Shown in pieces: positions 38,405 through 47,301 of a stretch of DNA of 64,000 nt (positions within the stretch are counted from its first letter, which is position 1; each line of letters starts with the position of its first letter). Position numbers and translations under genes: made by a program. Under the pieces are notes generated by a model. That model did no database searches. It worked only from the letters and a program-made list of their open reading frames with translations, and was not told the DNA's origin. The stretch covers positions 44,198 to 108,197 of the forward strand of contig CAZRED010000002.1 of NCBI GenBank assembly GCA_964599405.1, in the 5' to 3' direction. The DNA comes from an uncultured Candidatus Saccharibacteria bacterium (lineage in GTDB: Bacteria; Patescibacteriota; UBA1384; 2-12-FULL-50-11).

Positions 38405-38884
38405 ATGGATACATTGCGCTTTCGGGGCGAAATAACCGGCCGAGTAACAGTTCTTCATAATCAGCTAACAGCTGCGTCTTGCCTATCTTTCTTGCTAATT
38501 CTGGCAATTATTTGGCTCAACCAAAGTCAACAAGTCGAACTGGTGCCTTGGCTACTGCTTGGCATCCAACCGGTGTTTGCCGCACTCGCCTTTAACTATC
38601 AAGCTAACCAGATAACGATGGAGGCGTTGGCTAAATATTTAATTACTTCCGAATCGCAAGATAAAGTTTGGGAGAGTGTTTGGGACAACTATAAAAAGAA
38701 CATCCGGTTGGCCAGCGTGTTGAAAACAACCGGATTAATACTGCCACAGATTCTTATTCTGGCTTGGCTTACCATCAACTGTTCGGAACTTAATCAACTG
38801 CAGAAACTTGTACTGGCTTTTGACTGGTTAATGGGGTTATTGGTTCTGATTAACTTCCGTTTTAAAATCCGACCGCCGGCTTGA
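38405..38884 (+). CDS. hypothetical membrane protein
   Basis: ORF with 3-4 predicted TM helices. No family recognised. ATG 38405 chosen to avoid overlap with pcrA. Confidence 0.3.
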   Translation: MDTLRFRGEITGRVTVLHNQLTAASCLSFLLILAIIWLNQSQQVELVPWLLLGIQPVFAALAFNYQANQITMEALAKYLITSESQDKVWESVWDNYKKNIRLASVLKTTGLILPQILILAWLTINCSELNQLQKLVLAFDWLMGLLVLINFRFKIRPPA

Positions 38885-38920
38885 CTCTTTGACAACTGGG
38901 GCTAGTGTAGATACACAGTC

Positions 38921-39883
38921 ATGTCTCGACCAATCTGGTTGGTTGTCGGTATTAGTGCTCTTATTTTTGCCGCTTTTTCGTTTTTGCGTCCAGCCGATGC
39001 TATCGAGCAAAAAATTGCCGCTACCAATTCGCTCCATCCGGTGGAAGTATTTCAGAGCGACGCCTCGGCGCGTTCGTTGAGCGAGGCGTTTGCGTTGGCG
39101 GGTGTTGAATACTACCCAGAAGATCGAATCACCGCTTTTCCCAACCCATCTCTAGGTTTAGGCAGCGTTATTACCGTTGAGCGAGCGCTGCCAATTGCTC
39201 TGAAAGACGGCAAACGTTCGTATTTAATCCGCACCTGGCAGAGTACGGTTGGGGAGCTGTTGAATGAAAAAAAGATTACTCTGATGGCCGAGGATCGGAT
39301 TTCCCCTTCGCTGGCCACACCGCTTCAAATCAATTTGCCAATAACTATCACTCGGGTAGCTCGGACAACGGTGGTGGAAACGGAAGTGATTCAGTACCAA
39401 ACAATAATTGAAAAAGACTATACCCAGTTCGTTGGAGCGAGCACTGTTCTGACTTCAGGCAAGAACGGGGAAAAACAGAACACTTATTTAGTAATCAGGG
39501 AGGATGGAGACCTTATTAGCAAAACTTTGACTGGTAGCGTTGTAACTATTCAGTCGCAAACCGCCCGAGTCCGGCAAGGGGGCTTGAACCCAGTTTCCAG
39601 TAAATGCGCGCAGTATAAAGATTGGGTAGTTGACGCTAGTTTGAAAAATAAAATTGATCCAAATGCGCTGTTTTACCGCATGCAAAAGGAGAGTAACTGT
39701 AATCCAAACTCCATTGCCTCGGCTGGCTACCAGGGATTATTACAGTATGACCCAGTACTTTGGGTGACATTGAGTGCCAAAGCTGGGTTGCCGGGTGCGA
39801 GCATTTGGGACGCGAAAAGTCAGATATACGTGACTGCTTGGGCCTGGGCAAACGGACACCGTTCCCGCTGGCCAAATCCATAG
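38921..39883 (+). CDS. secreted cell-wall protein with G5 domain and C-terminal Rpf-like transglycosylase domain (YabE-like architecture)
   Basis: Signal/TM anchor; central G5-like segment; C-terminal KESNCNPNSIASAGYQGLLQY…W resembles the resuscitation-promoting-factor transglycosylase signature. Confidence 0.5.
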   Translation: MSRPIWLVVGISALIFAAFSFLRPADAIEQKIAATNSLHPVEVFQSDASARSLSEAFALAGVEYYPEDRITAFPNPSLGLGSVITVERALPIALKDGKRSYLIRTWQSTVGELLNEKKITLMAEDRISPSLATPLQINLPITITRVARTTVVETEVIQYQTIIEKDYTQFVGASTVLTSGKNGEKQNTYLVIREDGDLISKTLTGSVVTIQSQTARVRQGGLNPVSSKCAQYKDWVVDASLKNKIDPNALFYRMQKESNCNPNSIASAGYQGLLQYDPVLWVTLSAKAGLPGASIWDAKSQIYVTAWAWANGHRSRWPNP

Positions 39884-39948
39884 AATAAACTGAAAAACGG
39901 CGAGCCTAACCCTCGCAAAAATATGTGTTTCAGGGTAAAATTGCGCTG

Positions 39949-40755
39949 ATGAATCCGTCTGAAATTCTAAAAACCCTCGATAAATTTCCCAACAAAAAGT
40001 TTGGGCAGCATTTTTTAACCGACGTTAAAGCCCTTGCCGACATCGTTGAGGCCGCCGAACTCTCTAAGAATCAGACGGTTGTGGAAATCGGGCCGGGCTT
40101 GGGCGTATTAACCGAACAGCTCTCACAAAAAGCCGGCCGGGTGATTGCCGTGGAGGCCGATCGAGAACTGGCAGAGTACCTTCGTGACCGCAACCTGCCC
40201 AATGTCACCGTCATTACCGGTGATGCGCTGCAGGTGGAGTGGGATTTGACTATTGAGGGCGAATACAAAGTCGTTGCCAATATTCCTTATTCAATTACAT
40301 CACCGCTCTTAAGAAAGATTTTCTCGCTGACCAAAAAGCCAACCGAAGTGATTTTATTGGTTCAAAAAGAGCTAGCGGAACGCCTAGTGGCGGTACCAAA
40401 AACCCGCGCTCGCGGTTTTATGACTGTTTTGCGGGAAGCCAATGCTGGAGCAGAGATTTTACGAACAGTTAGCCCAGGCAGTTTTTACCCAGCGCCAAAA
40501 GTGGACTCCGCCGTTATCAAAATTACACCGTTCAAAGAAAGTAAAATGGAGCTGCTCTTCTGGCCGATTGTTGAATCTGGCTTTCGCCATAAGCGCCAAA
40601 CTCTTGCTAACGCTTTATCGGCCGATTTGCAGATTGCCAAAAGCGAAACCGCTAAAGTCTTGGAGAGTCTAAAGCTTACCGCCATGGCTCGGGCCGAAGA
40701 ACTGTCGTTTGAGCAATGGGAAAAACTCTGCACCGTTTTAAAGGAGAAAATCTAA
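39949..40755 (+). CDS. rsmA: 16S rRNA (adenine1518/1519-N6)-dimethyltransferase RsmA/KsgA
   Basis: FGQHFL…VVEIGPGLGVLT SAM-binding motifs and NIPY motif. ATG 39949 (MNPSEIL…) preferred over the upstream GTG at 39925. Confidence 0.85.
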   Translation: MNPSEILKTLDKFPNKKFGQHFLTDVKALADIVEAAELSKNQTVVEIGPGLGVLTEQLSQKAGRVIAVEADRELAEYLRDRNLPNVTVITGDALQVEWDLTIEGEYKVVANIPYSITSPLLRKIFSLTKKPTEVILLVQKELAERLVAVPKTRARGFMTVLREANAGAEILRTVSPGSFYPAPKVDSAVIKITPFKESKMELLFWPIVESGFRHKRQTLANALSADLQIAKSETAKVLESLKLTAMARAEELSFEQWEKLCTVLKEKI

Positions 40756-41414
40756 TGCTCTATATCGTGGCAACGCCAATCGGTAATCTGGAAGACATCA
40801 CCTTCCGGGCTGTCGATATTCTCAAAACTGTCGAGAAGATTTACTGTGAAGATACCAGGAGAACACGTATTCTCCTTGCTCGCTTTAGCATAACTACCCC
40901 AACCGAAAGTTTTCATCATTACTCCGACGGAAAAATCGCTCAAATCATCAAAGACCTCCAAGATGGCGCCGATTTTGCCTACGTTAGCGACGCCGGTACA
41001 CCGGGGATTGCCGACCCGGGCGGGAAGCTAGTCGAAGCGGCGCACATTGCTGGTGTACAGGTAGTGCCAATTCCTGGTGCCTCTTCCGTAACAGCCCTAC
41101 TCTCCGTTGCCGGTATCCCAGCCAATCAGTACCGCTTTGCTGGTTATGTCCCCACTAAGAAGGGTCGCCAAACATTCATAAAGAAACTTTTGGAAGCCGA
41201 TGAAGCGGTAGTCTTTTTTGAAACAGCGCCGCGAATTCAGAAATTTTTCGACCAAGTAATTGCCCTCGGTGGTGCTGACCAGGAATTTGTTGTTGGCCGT
41301 GAACTAACTAAAAAGTTCGAAGAAGTTAAACGCGGCAATCCAATTGAGCTAAAAGAGGATTTCGCTAAACCGCTCGGCGAATTTGTGGGCGTGATTAACC
41401 CGAAAAAAAGTTAG
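40755..41414 (+). CDS. rsmI: 16S rRNA (cytidine1402-2'-O)-methyltransferase RsmI
   Basis: MLYIVATPIGNLEDIT… tetrapyrrole-methylase fold. ATG overlaps the rsmA stop. Confidence 0.85.
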   Translation: MLYIVATPIGNLEDITFRAVDILKTVEKIYCEDTRRTRILLARFSITTPTESFHHYSDGKIAQIIKDLQDGADFAYVSDAGTPGIADPGGKLVEAAHIAGVQVVPIPGASSVTALLSVAGIPANQYRFAGYVPTKKGRQTFIKKLLEADEAVVFFETAPRIQKFFDQVIALGGADQEFVVGRELTKKFEEVKRGNPIELKEDFAKPLGEFVGVINPKKS

Positions 41415-41632
41415 ATATTTTTCCATAGTCGGCAAGATAGCCGACTAAGCAACTTCTCCTCGGCTGTAGTAGTTGCTATAGTAAGACAACAGTTGATTGT
41501 TATCTTTAATCTAAGCAGGGGAACTGCCTGGCTCACCGTCGAGCCAGCTGGCCTGAAACCCACAACCAAGGCTTTTTGCGCAAACTGCTTTGGATTGGCT
41601 AGTAAGCCAAGGGAGATACTAAAAGACACCAA

Positions 41633-41661
41633 GGGCTCGCGCCCGTCGCGAGCCCAGTTTT
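41633..41661 (+). promoter_or_regulatory. terminator-like hairpin in the 278-nt leader of metG (possible attenuator)
   Basis: gggctcgcg-cccgt-cgcgagccc followed by agtttt, 32 nt upstream of the metG GTG. The leader contains further hairpins (tagtcggc…gccgacta; ctggctc…gagccag). No T-box consensus seen. Confidence 0.4.
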
Positions 41662-41692
41662 AGTCAGCTGGCTCTTAAGGTAAGATTTAGGG

Positions 41693-43123
41693 GTGAAAAA
41701 GACCTACATTACTACCTCCATCGCATACATTAATGCCGAGCCGCATATCGGTTTTTTGTTGGAGCTGTTATCGGCGGATGTGTTAGCCCGCTACCACAAA
41801 CTTCAGGGCGAAGAAGTATTTTTTACCACTGGCACTGACGAGCACGGCTCGAAAATTGCTCAAGCGGCCGAGGCGGCGGGCAAAGAGCCGCAAAAGTACG
41901 CCGACGAAATTTCCAAAAAGTTTGAAAAACTCGGCAAGGATTTTGGGATTGAATTTGATTTCTTTGTCCGCACTACCGACCCAAAACATAAGAAATTCGC
42001 TCAAGAGCGCTGGAAACAGCTGGAAAAAGCTGGGGCTTTGGAGAAGCGCAAATATAAAGGTTACTACTGCGTTGGCTGTGAGGCCTTTAAAACCGAACGG
42101 GAAATCGCCGGCAATAAATGCTTAATTCATGAAAAAGAGCTAGAAGTAATCGAGGAAGAGAACTGGTTCTTCAAGCTATCAGATTACCAAGAGAAAATTT
42201 TGGAGTGGTTAATTCAGGAAAAACCGGTCAAGCCGGAGGGGCGTTTGAACGAAGTTATCAACGTTGTTAAAGAGCTGGAAGACATTAGTTTTAGCCGACC
42301 GAAAGACAAATTGAGCTGGGGCGTGCCCGTGCCTGCCTCGCCAGCGAAGCAAGGCGGGCCGGGGGATCCCGAGCAAACAATGTATGTCTGGGCCGATGCC
42401 CTCTGGAACTATTTGTCGGTCTTTGAGCTGGCGGGCAAGGACAGTAAAGAATACTGGCCGGCTGACCTGCAGATTATCGGCAAAGATATTTTGAAATTTC
42501 ATGGGGCAATATGGCCAGGGCTACTATTAGCTTGTGGCTACGAATTGCCAAAAAAACTACTAGTCCACGGGTTTGTGAATGTGGACGGTAAAAAAATGTC
42601 GAAATCGCTTGGCAATGTAATTACGCCGAAAGAGTTGCTGGAGCGTTACGGCCGGGAGGCCACCCGCTACCTGATTTTCCGCCAACTTTCGTACTACGAA
42701 GACAGTAATTTCACTTGGGAGGATTTTGACGCCATCTATAACGGCGATTTAGCTAACGGTATCGGCAACTTAGCGAACCGAGTAATTGGCTTGCTGAAGC
42801 GCTTTAAAGCGGAATCAGTGGTGCCAAAAAAGGTGGAAATTGAGTCGGCACTAGCTGACGAAGATTTTGGTGCGGAGCTGGAAAAAGTCCGGAGCTTACT
42901 GGGCGCTGCCGACCAGTGGATTACCGAAGTGGAGCCCTGGAGCTGGGGTAAAGACGAGCCGGTGTCTAAGGACCAAATAAACAATTTAATTGACCAATCC
43001 AACCTATTTGAAATTGCTGTCCGGCTGGAGCCGTTCATGCCCGAAACGGCCCAGTCTATCCGGGAGCAGCTAAAAACTCTGAAAGCCGAACCGCTCTTCC
43101 CGCGCTTGGTTACACCCACGTAG
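41693..43123 (+). CDS. metG: methionyl-tRNA synthetase (short form)
   Basis: HIGH-region equivalent (AEPHIGF), KMSKS, and zinc-knuckle Cys pairs (CVGCEAF…C). GTG start. Confidence 0.9.
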   Translation: MKKTYITTSIAYINAEPHIGFLLELLSADVLARYHKLQGEEVFFTTGTDEHGSKIAQAAEAAGKEPQKYADEISKKFEKLGKDFGIEFDFFVRTTDPKHKKFAQERWKQLEKAGALEKRKYKGYYCVGCEAFKTEREIAGNKCLIHEKELEVIEEENWFFKLSDYQEKILEWLIQEKPVKPEGRLNEVINVVKELEDISFSRPKDKLSWGVPVPASPAKQGGPGDPEQTMYVWADALWNYLSVFELAGKDSKEYWPADLQIIGKDILKFHGAIWPGLLLACGYELPKKLLVHGFVNVDGKKMSKSLGNVITPKELLERYGREATRYLIFRQLSYYEDSNFTWEDFDAIYNGDLANGIGNLANRVIGLLKRFKAESVVPKKVEIESALADEDFGAELEKVRSLLGAADQWITEVEPWSWGKDEPVSKDQINNLIDQSNLFEIAVRLEPFMPETAQSIREQLKTLKAEPLFPRLVTPT

Positions 43124-43270
43124 AGCGGCACGTTGTTTGAGCGACTTACGCAGCCGTCTTGGCACGGTCGCACCCCTGGTGCGCAAGCGGCGAGGAATTA
43201 AGCGTAGCGATTTTGCGAAGCAAATTCTGAACAGAGGTGATGATTCGCTGGACGAGCAAGCGGTCGCGAA
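43124..43270. repeat. left copy of a ~140-bp inverted repeat pair (partner at 45985..46122)
   Basis: Its reverse complement matches 45985-46112 with about 88 % identity over about 130 nt (shared core …cgcttgctcgtccagcgaatcatcacctctgttcagaatttgcttcgcaaaatcgcta…cttaattcctcgccgcttgcgc…ccaagacggctgcgta.gtcgctcaaa). Confidence 0.8.
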
Positions 43271-43328
43271 AATAATGTGACGCTCGTAGCTAGCTTGCCT
43301 TTTTCCAGGTATTTGCCAACATTGAGGT

Positions 43329-44177
43329 ATGTTACTTGCCTTCATCTCCGCCATCTCTTCGGCGGCCAGCACTATCTACGATAAGTGGCTACTTACCCGC
43401 GAGCGGCTATCGATTGGGACGCTGCTCTCGATCGGTTTCTTGCTAATCGCTGGCATCACACTGACACTAACCCCGTTTTTAGGGGCGATTGATTGGGACT
43501 TGGCGCTACTGCCTAACAGCCTGTTCCTGCTGTTTATTATGGTAATTCTAGCGACGGCTTGGAACGTGCTCTACTATCAGGGGCTACAGAAACAGAAAGT
43601 CCACGACCACGAGTTAATGATGATGCTGGCGCCGGTGCTAACAATCTTGCTGGCTGCCGTCTTCTACCAAGAAGAGCTGGATATGCGGGTATTTTGGCTG
43701 GCGATTATTGCCAGCTTAACGCTGCTGTTTGCCAAGGGCCAAAAAGAACACTTCTTTCTGAACCAAAACTCCTACAACACTTTTCTGGCGGTGGTACTGC
43801 TCTCGGCCGAAACTATTGTTATTCGCGAGCTACTTTACTCGTACACGCCGGTGGCGCTTTACTCTGTTCGAACCATAATCTTGGCGGTGTTCTTTATGCT
43901 CTACTACCGGCCGCGTTCGTCGCAGATATCAATCCGGCACTGGTGGATGGTGGCCGGCAGTGCCCTACTTGGGGTAATCCTGATGCTAACCCGCTACTAT
44001 TCCTTTGCCGAGACCGGCATTATCTACACGATGTTGGTGTTGGTAATCTCGCCGATGATTGTCTACTTTGCCTCCTGGGAGATGCTCCACGAAAAAATCC
44101 GTCCGCGCATTTTGATTGCCGCGGTAGTGATATTAACCTGTGTGACACTGGCCACCACGATTATTTTCGGTAGTTAA
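43329..44177 (+). CDS. EamA/DMT-family membrane transporter
   Basis: 10-TM duplicated EamA-like topology, 282 aa. Confidence 0.6.
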   Translation: MLLAFISAISSAASTIYDKWLLTRERLSIGTLLSIGFLLIAGITLTLTPFLGAIDWDLALLPNSLFLLFIMVILATAWNVLYYQGLQKQKVHDHELMMMLAPVLTILLAAVFYQEELDMRVFWLAIIASLTLLFAKGQKEHFFLNQNSYNTFLAVVLLSAETIVIRELLYSYTPVALYSVRTIILAVFFMLYYRPRSSQISIRHWWMVAGSALLGVILMLTRYYSFAETGIIYTMLVLVISPMIVYFASWEMLHEKIRPRILIAAVVILTCVTLATTIIFGS

Positions 44178-44959
44178 TGCGCGCGCTAGATTCACACGCC
44201 CATCTGGATTTTTCCAATTTCGATGCTGATCGCAATACTTTAGTTGCCGAGCTGGCTAAAGAGCGGATCGGCGTTATCAATATCGCCACCGATAAGGAGT
44301 CGCTAGGAAAAGTTGATCAGCTGTCGCGCGACAATCCGCTAATTTGGGGAGCGGTGGGGATTCACCCCACCGAAGTCGGGCCAAAAGCGGTGCTGAATAT
44401 TAGCGAAATAATTAACAAATTAACCGAACTGCGCGCAAATAATCCAAAAATTGTGGCGATCGGAGAAATCGGGCTGGATTATTTTCACTCCCAGGAACAT
44501 ATCGGCGATCAAAAAGTGGTGTTGCAGGAGCTGCTGAACTACGCCAAGGCCGAAGATTTACCGGTTATTTTTCACTGCCGCAATGCATATGGCGATTTGC
44601 TGACGATTTTACAGCGCTATTCGGGTTTGCGGGGAGTAATTCACTGTTTCAACGGCAACGCCGAACAAGCCAAAGGCTTTTTGGACGCGGGGCTGCACTT
44701 GTCGTTCACCGCGATGCTAACCTACAAAGCTAACGAGGGTTTGCGGGTGGTTGCTCGCGACGTACCGCTGGAAAAACTTTTGTTGGAAACAGACGCACCG
44801 TTTCTGGCGCCGCAATCGAGGCGGGGGGAGCGCAACGACCCCCGAGCGATTCTGGAAATTGCCGAGCTGCACGGCCAGCTGCGTGGAATTTCAACCGAAG
44901 AAATTTTAGAGCAAACAACCGCCAATGCCGTTAAACTGTTTGGCTTGGAAGCGAGCTAG
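44177..44959 (+). CDS. tatD: TatD-family metal-dependent hydrolase (DNase)
   Basis: DSHAHLDF N-terminal motif, GEIGLDY, internal His and C-terminal Asp of the TIM-barrel amidohydrolase fold. Confidence 0.8.
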   Translation: MRALDSHAHLDFSNFDADRNTLVAELAKERIGVINIATDKESLGKVDQLSRDNPLIWGAVGIHPTEVGPKAVLNISEIINKLTELRANNPKIVAIGEIGLDYFHSQEHIGDQKVVLQELLNYAKAEDLPVIFHCRNAYGDLLTILQRYSGLRGVIHCFNGNAEQAKGFLDAGLHLSFTAMLTYKANEGLRVVARDVPLEKLLLETDAPFLAPQSRRGERNDPRAILEIAELHGQLRGISTEEILEQTTANAVKLFGLEAS

Positions 44960-44977
44960 CTGCTACGCTAAAAACAG

Positions 44978-45952
44978 ATGAACTGGGTAGATTTCCTAAT
45001 TATTATCACCTTCGGGATTTATCTGTACGAGGGTCTGCGCCGCGGCTTTATTGAACAGCTACTAGAACTGCTCGGCTTCTTTTTAACAATTATTTTGGCA
45101 CTCTGGACCTACAAGCCGCTTGGCGGTTGGCTGGTGGAGAACGTCGGCCTGGTGGCCGGAGTGGCCGAACCAATTGGATTCTTGTTGGTCTGGGTGTTTT
45201 TGCAGGCGATGTATTCGCTGGCATTGAAGCTTTCGTACCCACTGATTCCAGAAAAAATTCGTAGCGCTACCTTCAATCGAGCCACTGGACTGATACCGGC
45301 ATTTATTCGTGCCTTAATTGTCGTCGGAGTTTTATTGACGTTAGTAACGATTGCCCCCGTACCGGGGCGGCTCAAAGAGACGGTTAGCGACTCGTTAATT
45401 GGTTCAAAGTTCGTCGCTCGTTCGTCGCAAATTGAAGGCTTTATTAACCGGATTTTTGGTCGCAACGTCAAAGATAGCCTGACGTTTATCACCGTGCCGG
45501 CTCAGACAGAAGAAATTATCGCGCCGAATGAAACGGTTGACTTGAAGTTCAGCACCACTGATGTGGAGGTGGATAACGAGTCGGCAACGGAAATGCTGGA
45601 TTTAATTAACGACGAACGGGCAAAAGTTGGTCTGCACGCATTAATTTGGGACGAAGAGTTGGCCGATGTAGCCCGGGCGCACTCAAAAGACATGTTTGCC
45701 CGCGGTTATTTTTCGCACACTAACCCCGACGGCCTGTCGCCGTTTGACCGGATTGATCGAGCGGGGATTGATTTTAAAGCGGCCGGCGAGAACCTGGCTT
45801 ACGCTGCTAACGTCGAGCTGGCACACAACGGGCTGATGCGCTCCGAGGGGCATCGGGCGAACATTTTGGAGGTAGACTTTGGCCGGGTCGGTATCGGGGT
45901 GATTGACGGCGGAATCTACGGCAAGATGTTCACGCAGAATTTTCGGGACTAG
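44978..45952 (+). CDS. membrane protein with N-terminal CvpA-like TM domain and C-terminal CAP/SCP/PR-1 domain
   Basis: Four N-terminal TM helices (CvpA-like). C-terminal HSKDMFARGYFSHTNPDG…GENLAY…HRANIL CAP-domain signatures. Confidence 0.55.
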   Translation: MNWVDFLIIITFGIYLYEGLRRGFIEQLLELLGFFLTIILALWTYKPLGGWLVENVGLVAGVAEPIGFLLVWVFLQAMYSLALKLSYPLIPEKIRSATFNRATGLIPAFIRALIVVGVLLTLVTIAPVPGRLKETVSDSLIGSKFVARSSQIEGFINRIFGRNVKDSLTFITVPAQTEEIIAPNETVDLKFSTTDVEVDNESATEMLDLINDERAKVGLHALIWDEELADVARAHSKDMFARGYFSHTNPDGLSPFDRIDRAGIDFKAAGENLAYAANVELAHNGLMRSEGHRANILEVDFGRVGIGVIDGGIYGKMFTQNFRD

Positions 45953-45984
45953 TGAACGGGGCGGAAGCTCTTCTCGCGACCGCT

Positions 45985-46122
45985 TGCTCGTCCAGCGAAT
46001 CATCACCTCTGTTCAGAATTTGCTTCGCAAAATCGCTATGCTTAATTCCTCGCCGCTTGCGCCCATCGGGCGACCATGCCAAGACGGCTGCGTACGTCGC
46101 TCAAAGAGTCCCGCCCCTTAGC
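45985..46122. repeat. right copy of the inverted repeat pair
   Basis: See left copy. Ends about 35 nt before the -10-like TATAAT (46143-46148) of mnmA. Confidence 0.8.
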
Positions 46123-46155
46123 TAGTTAGGGTTTTCCAGGTATAATTTTGGCGTT

Positions 46156-47301
46156 ATGAAACGTGTAATTGCTTTAATGAGCGGAGGAGTAGACTCTTCC
46201 GTTACTGCTGCCCTCTTGAAAGAGCAGGGCTATGATGTGATTGGGGTATATATTTTGGGCTGGACCGGTACCGACGAGTTTCCTTGTGCTTGGCAGAACG
46301 AGCAGGCCGATGCCCAGGCCGTGGCCGAAAAGCTGGGGATTCCGTTTTACACTGTTAACCTGTCAAAAGAGTACGAAACAGAAGTAATTGATACCTTTTT
46401 TGCCGGATACAACGCCGGTCGCACTCCTAACCCGGACATTATCTGTAACCGGGAAATTAAGTTCAAACATCTCTGGCAAGCAGTCCGACAATTTGAACCA
46501 GACTTTGTTGCTACCGGCCATTACGCCAAAATGAAAGAAGTTCGAAACCCGAAATCAGGTATTTCTGCCCCCGCGATTGTTAAATCGCGGGATGTAGACA
46601 AGGATCAAACATATTTTCTCTGGGGAATTGACAAGGCAATGCTGTCGAAAATCTTGTTCCCGCTGGGCGAAATGACGAAAAAACAGGTTCGCGAGCTAGC
46701 TAAAAAACACAACCTACCAACTGCCGCCAAAAAAGACAGCCAGGGAATTTGCTTCGTGGGGCCGCTGAAAGTCCGGGAGTTTCTGCGTAGCAGGGTTAAA
46801 AGCCGTCCTGGAAAGGCAGTACTGCCAACTGGCGAAGTGGTGGCCGAGCATGAAGGAGTGGAGTTCTACACCATCGGCCAACGTTTGGGTGCTGGCTCGG
46901 TGGCTTGGACCGGCGATGTCCCACCGCTCTTTGTAGCGGCTAAGGATCAAAAAACCAACACGCTAGTTGTTTCCGGCGACCATGACACGTTTGCCGATAG
47001 TTTTGTGGCCGACCAACCGAATTGGCAACAACCCGTCGCTGATTCTTTCGATTGCCTGGTGAAAGTGCGCTACCGCCAAGCCGACGTCAAAGCCAAGGTT
47101 AATGTCGTTAAGAACCAACTCCACATCACCCTGGCTGAACCAGTTCGGGCAATTACGCCGGGGCAATCGGTGGTTTTTTACTCAAACGACGGTTCACTAC
47201 TAGGTGGGGGAATCATTGCCGCTGTACCAACAGCCGACGAACTGGTACAAAAGGTACATGGAGCAAGAGCGCGCCAAACCTCTCGACGTCGCTCGAGGTA
47301 A
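46156..47301 (+). CDS. mnmA: tRNA-specific 2-thiouridylase MnmA
   Basis: PP-loop SGGVDSS, catalytic Cys residues, colinear with MnmA. The 3' end overlaps the next gene. Confidence 0.85.
   Translation: MKRVIALMSGGVDSSVTAALLKEQGYDVIGVYILGWTGTDEFPCAWQNEQADAQAVAEKLGIPFYTVNLSKEYETEVIDTFFAGYNAGRTPNPDIICNREIKFKHLWQAVRQFEPDFVATGHYAKMKEVRNPKSGISAPAIVKSRDVDKDQTYFLWGIDKAMLSKILFPLGEMTKKQVRELAKKHNLPTAAKKDSQGICFVGPLKVREFLRSRVKSRPGKAVLPTGEVVAEHEGVEFYTIGQRLGAGSVAWTGDVPPLFVAAKDQKTNTLVVSGDHDTFADSFVADQPNWQQPVADSFDCLVKVRYRQADVKAKVNVVKNQLHITLAEPVRAITPGQSVVFYSNDGSLLGGGIIAAVPTADELVQKVHGARARQTSRRRSR

Noticed and set aside
41415-41692. Possible T-box riboswitch upstream of metG (and similarly upstream of hisS/ileS)
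   Set aside because: No T-box consensus (AAUUAGGGUGGNACCGCG) or specifier-loop architecture recognisable. Retained only as a generic structured leader.
42736-43173. ORFs 42736..43173 (-) and 45903..46121 (+), both encoding an RPCQDGC peptide
   Set aside because: They are mirror images created by the inverted-repeat pair and overlap metG or the CAP gene. The repeat explains them, not coding.
43559-44173. ORF 43559..44173 (+) off-frame inside the EamA transporter gene
   Set aside because: Arg/Gly/Ala-rich translation typical of an out-of-frame read of a GC-rich membrane-protein gene.
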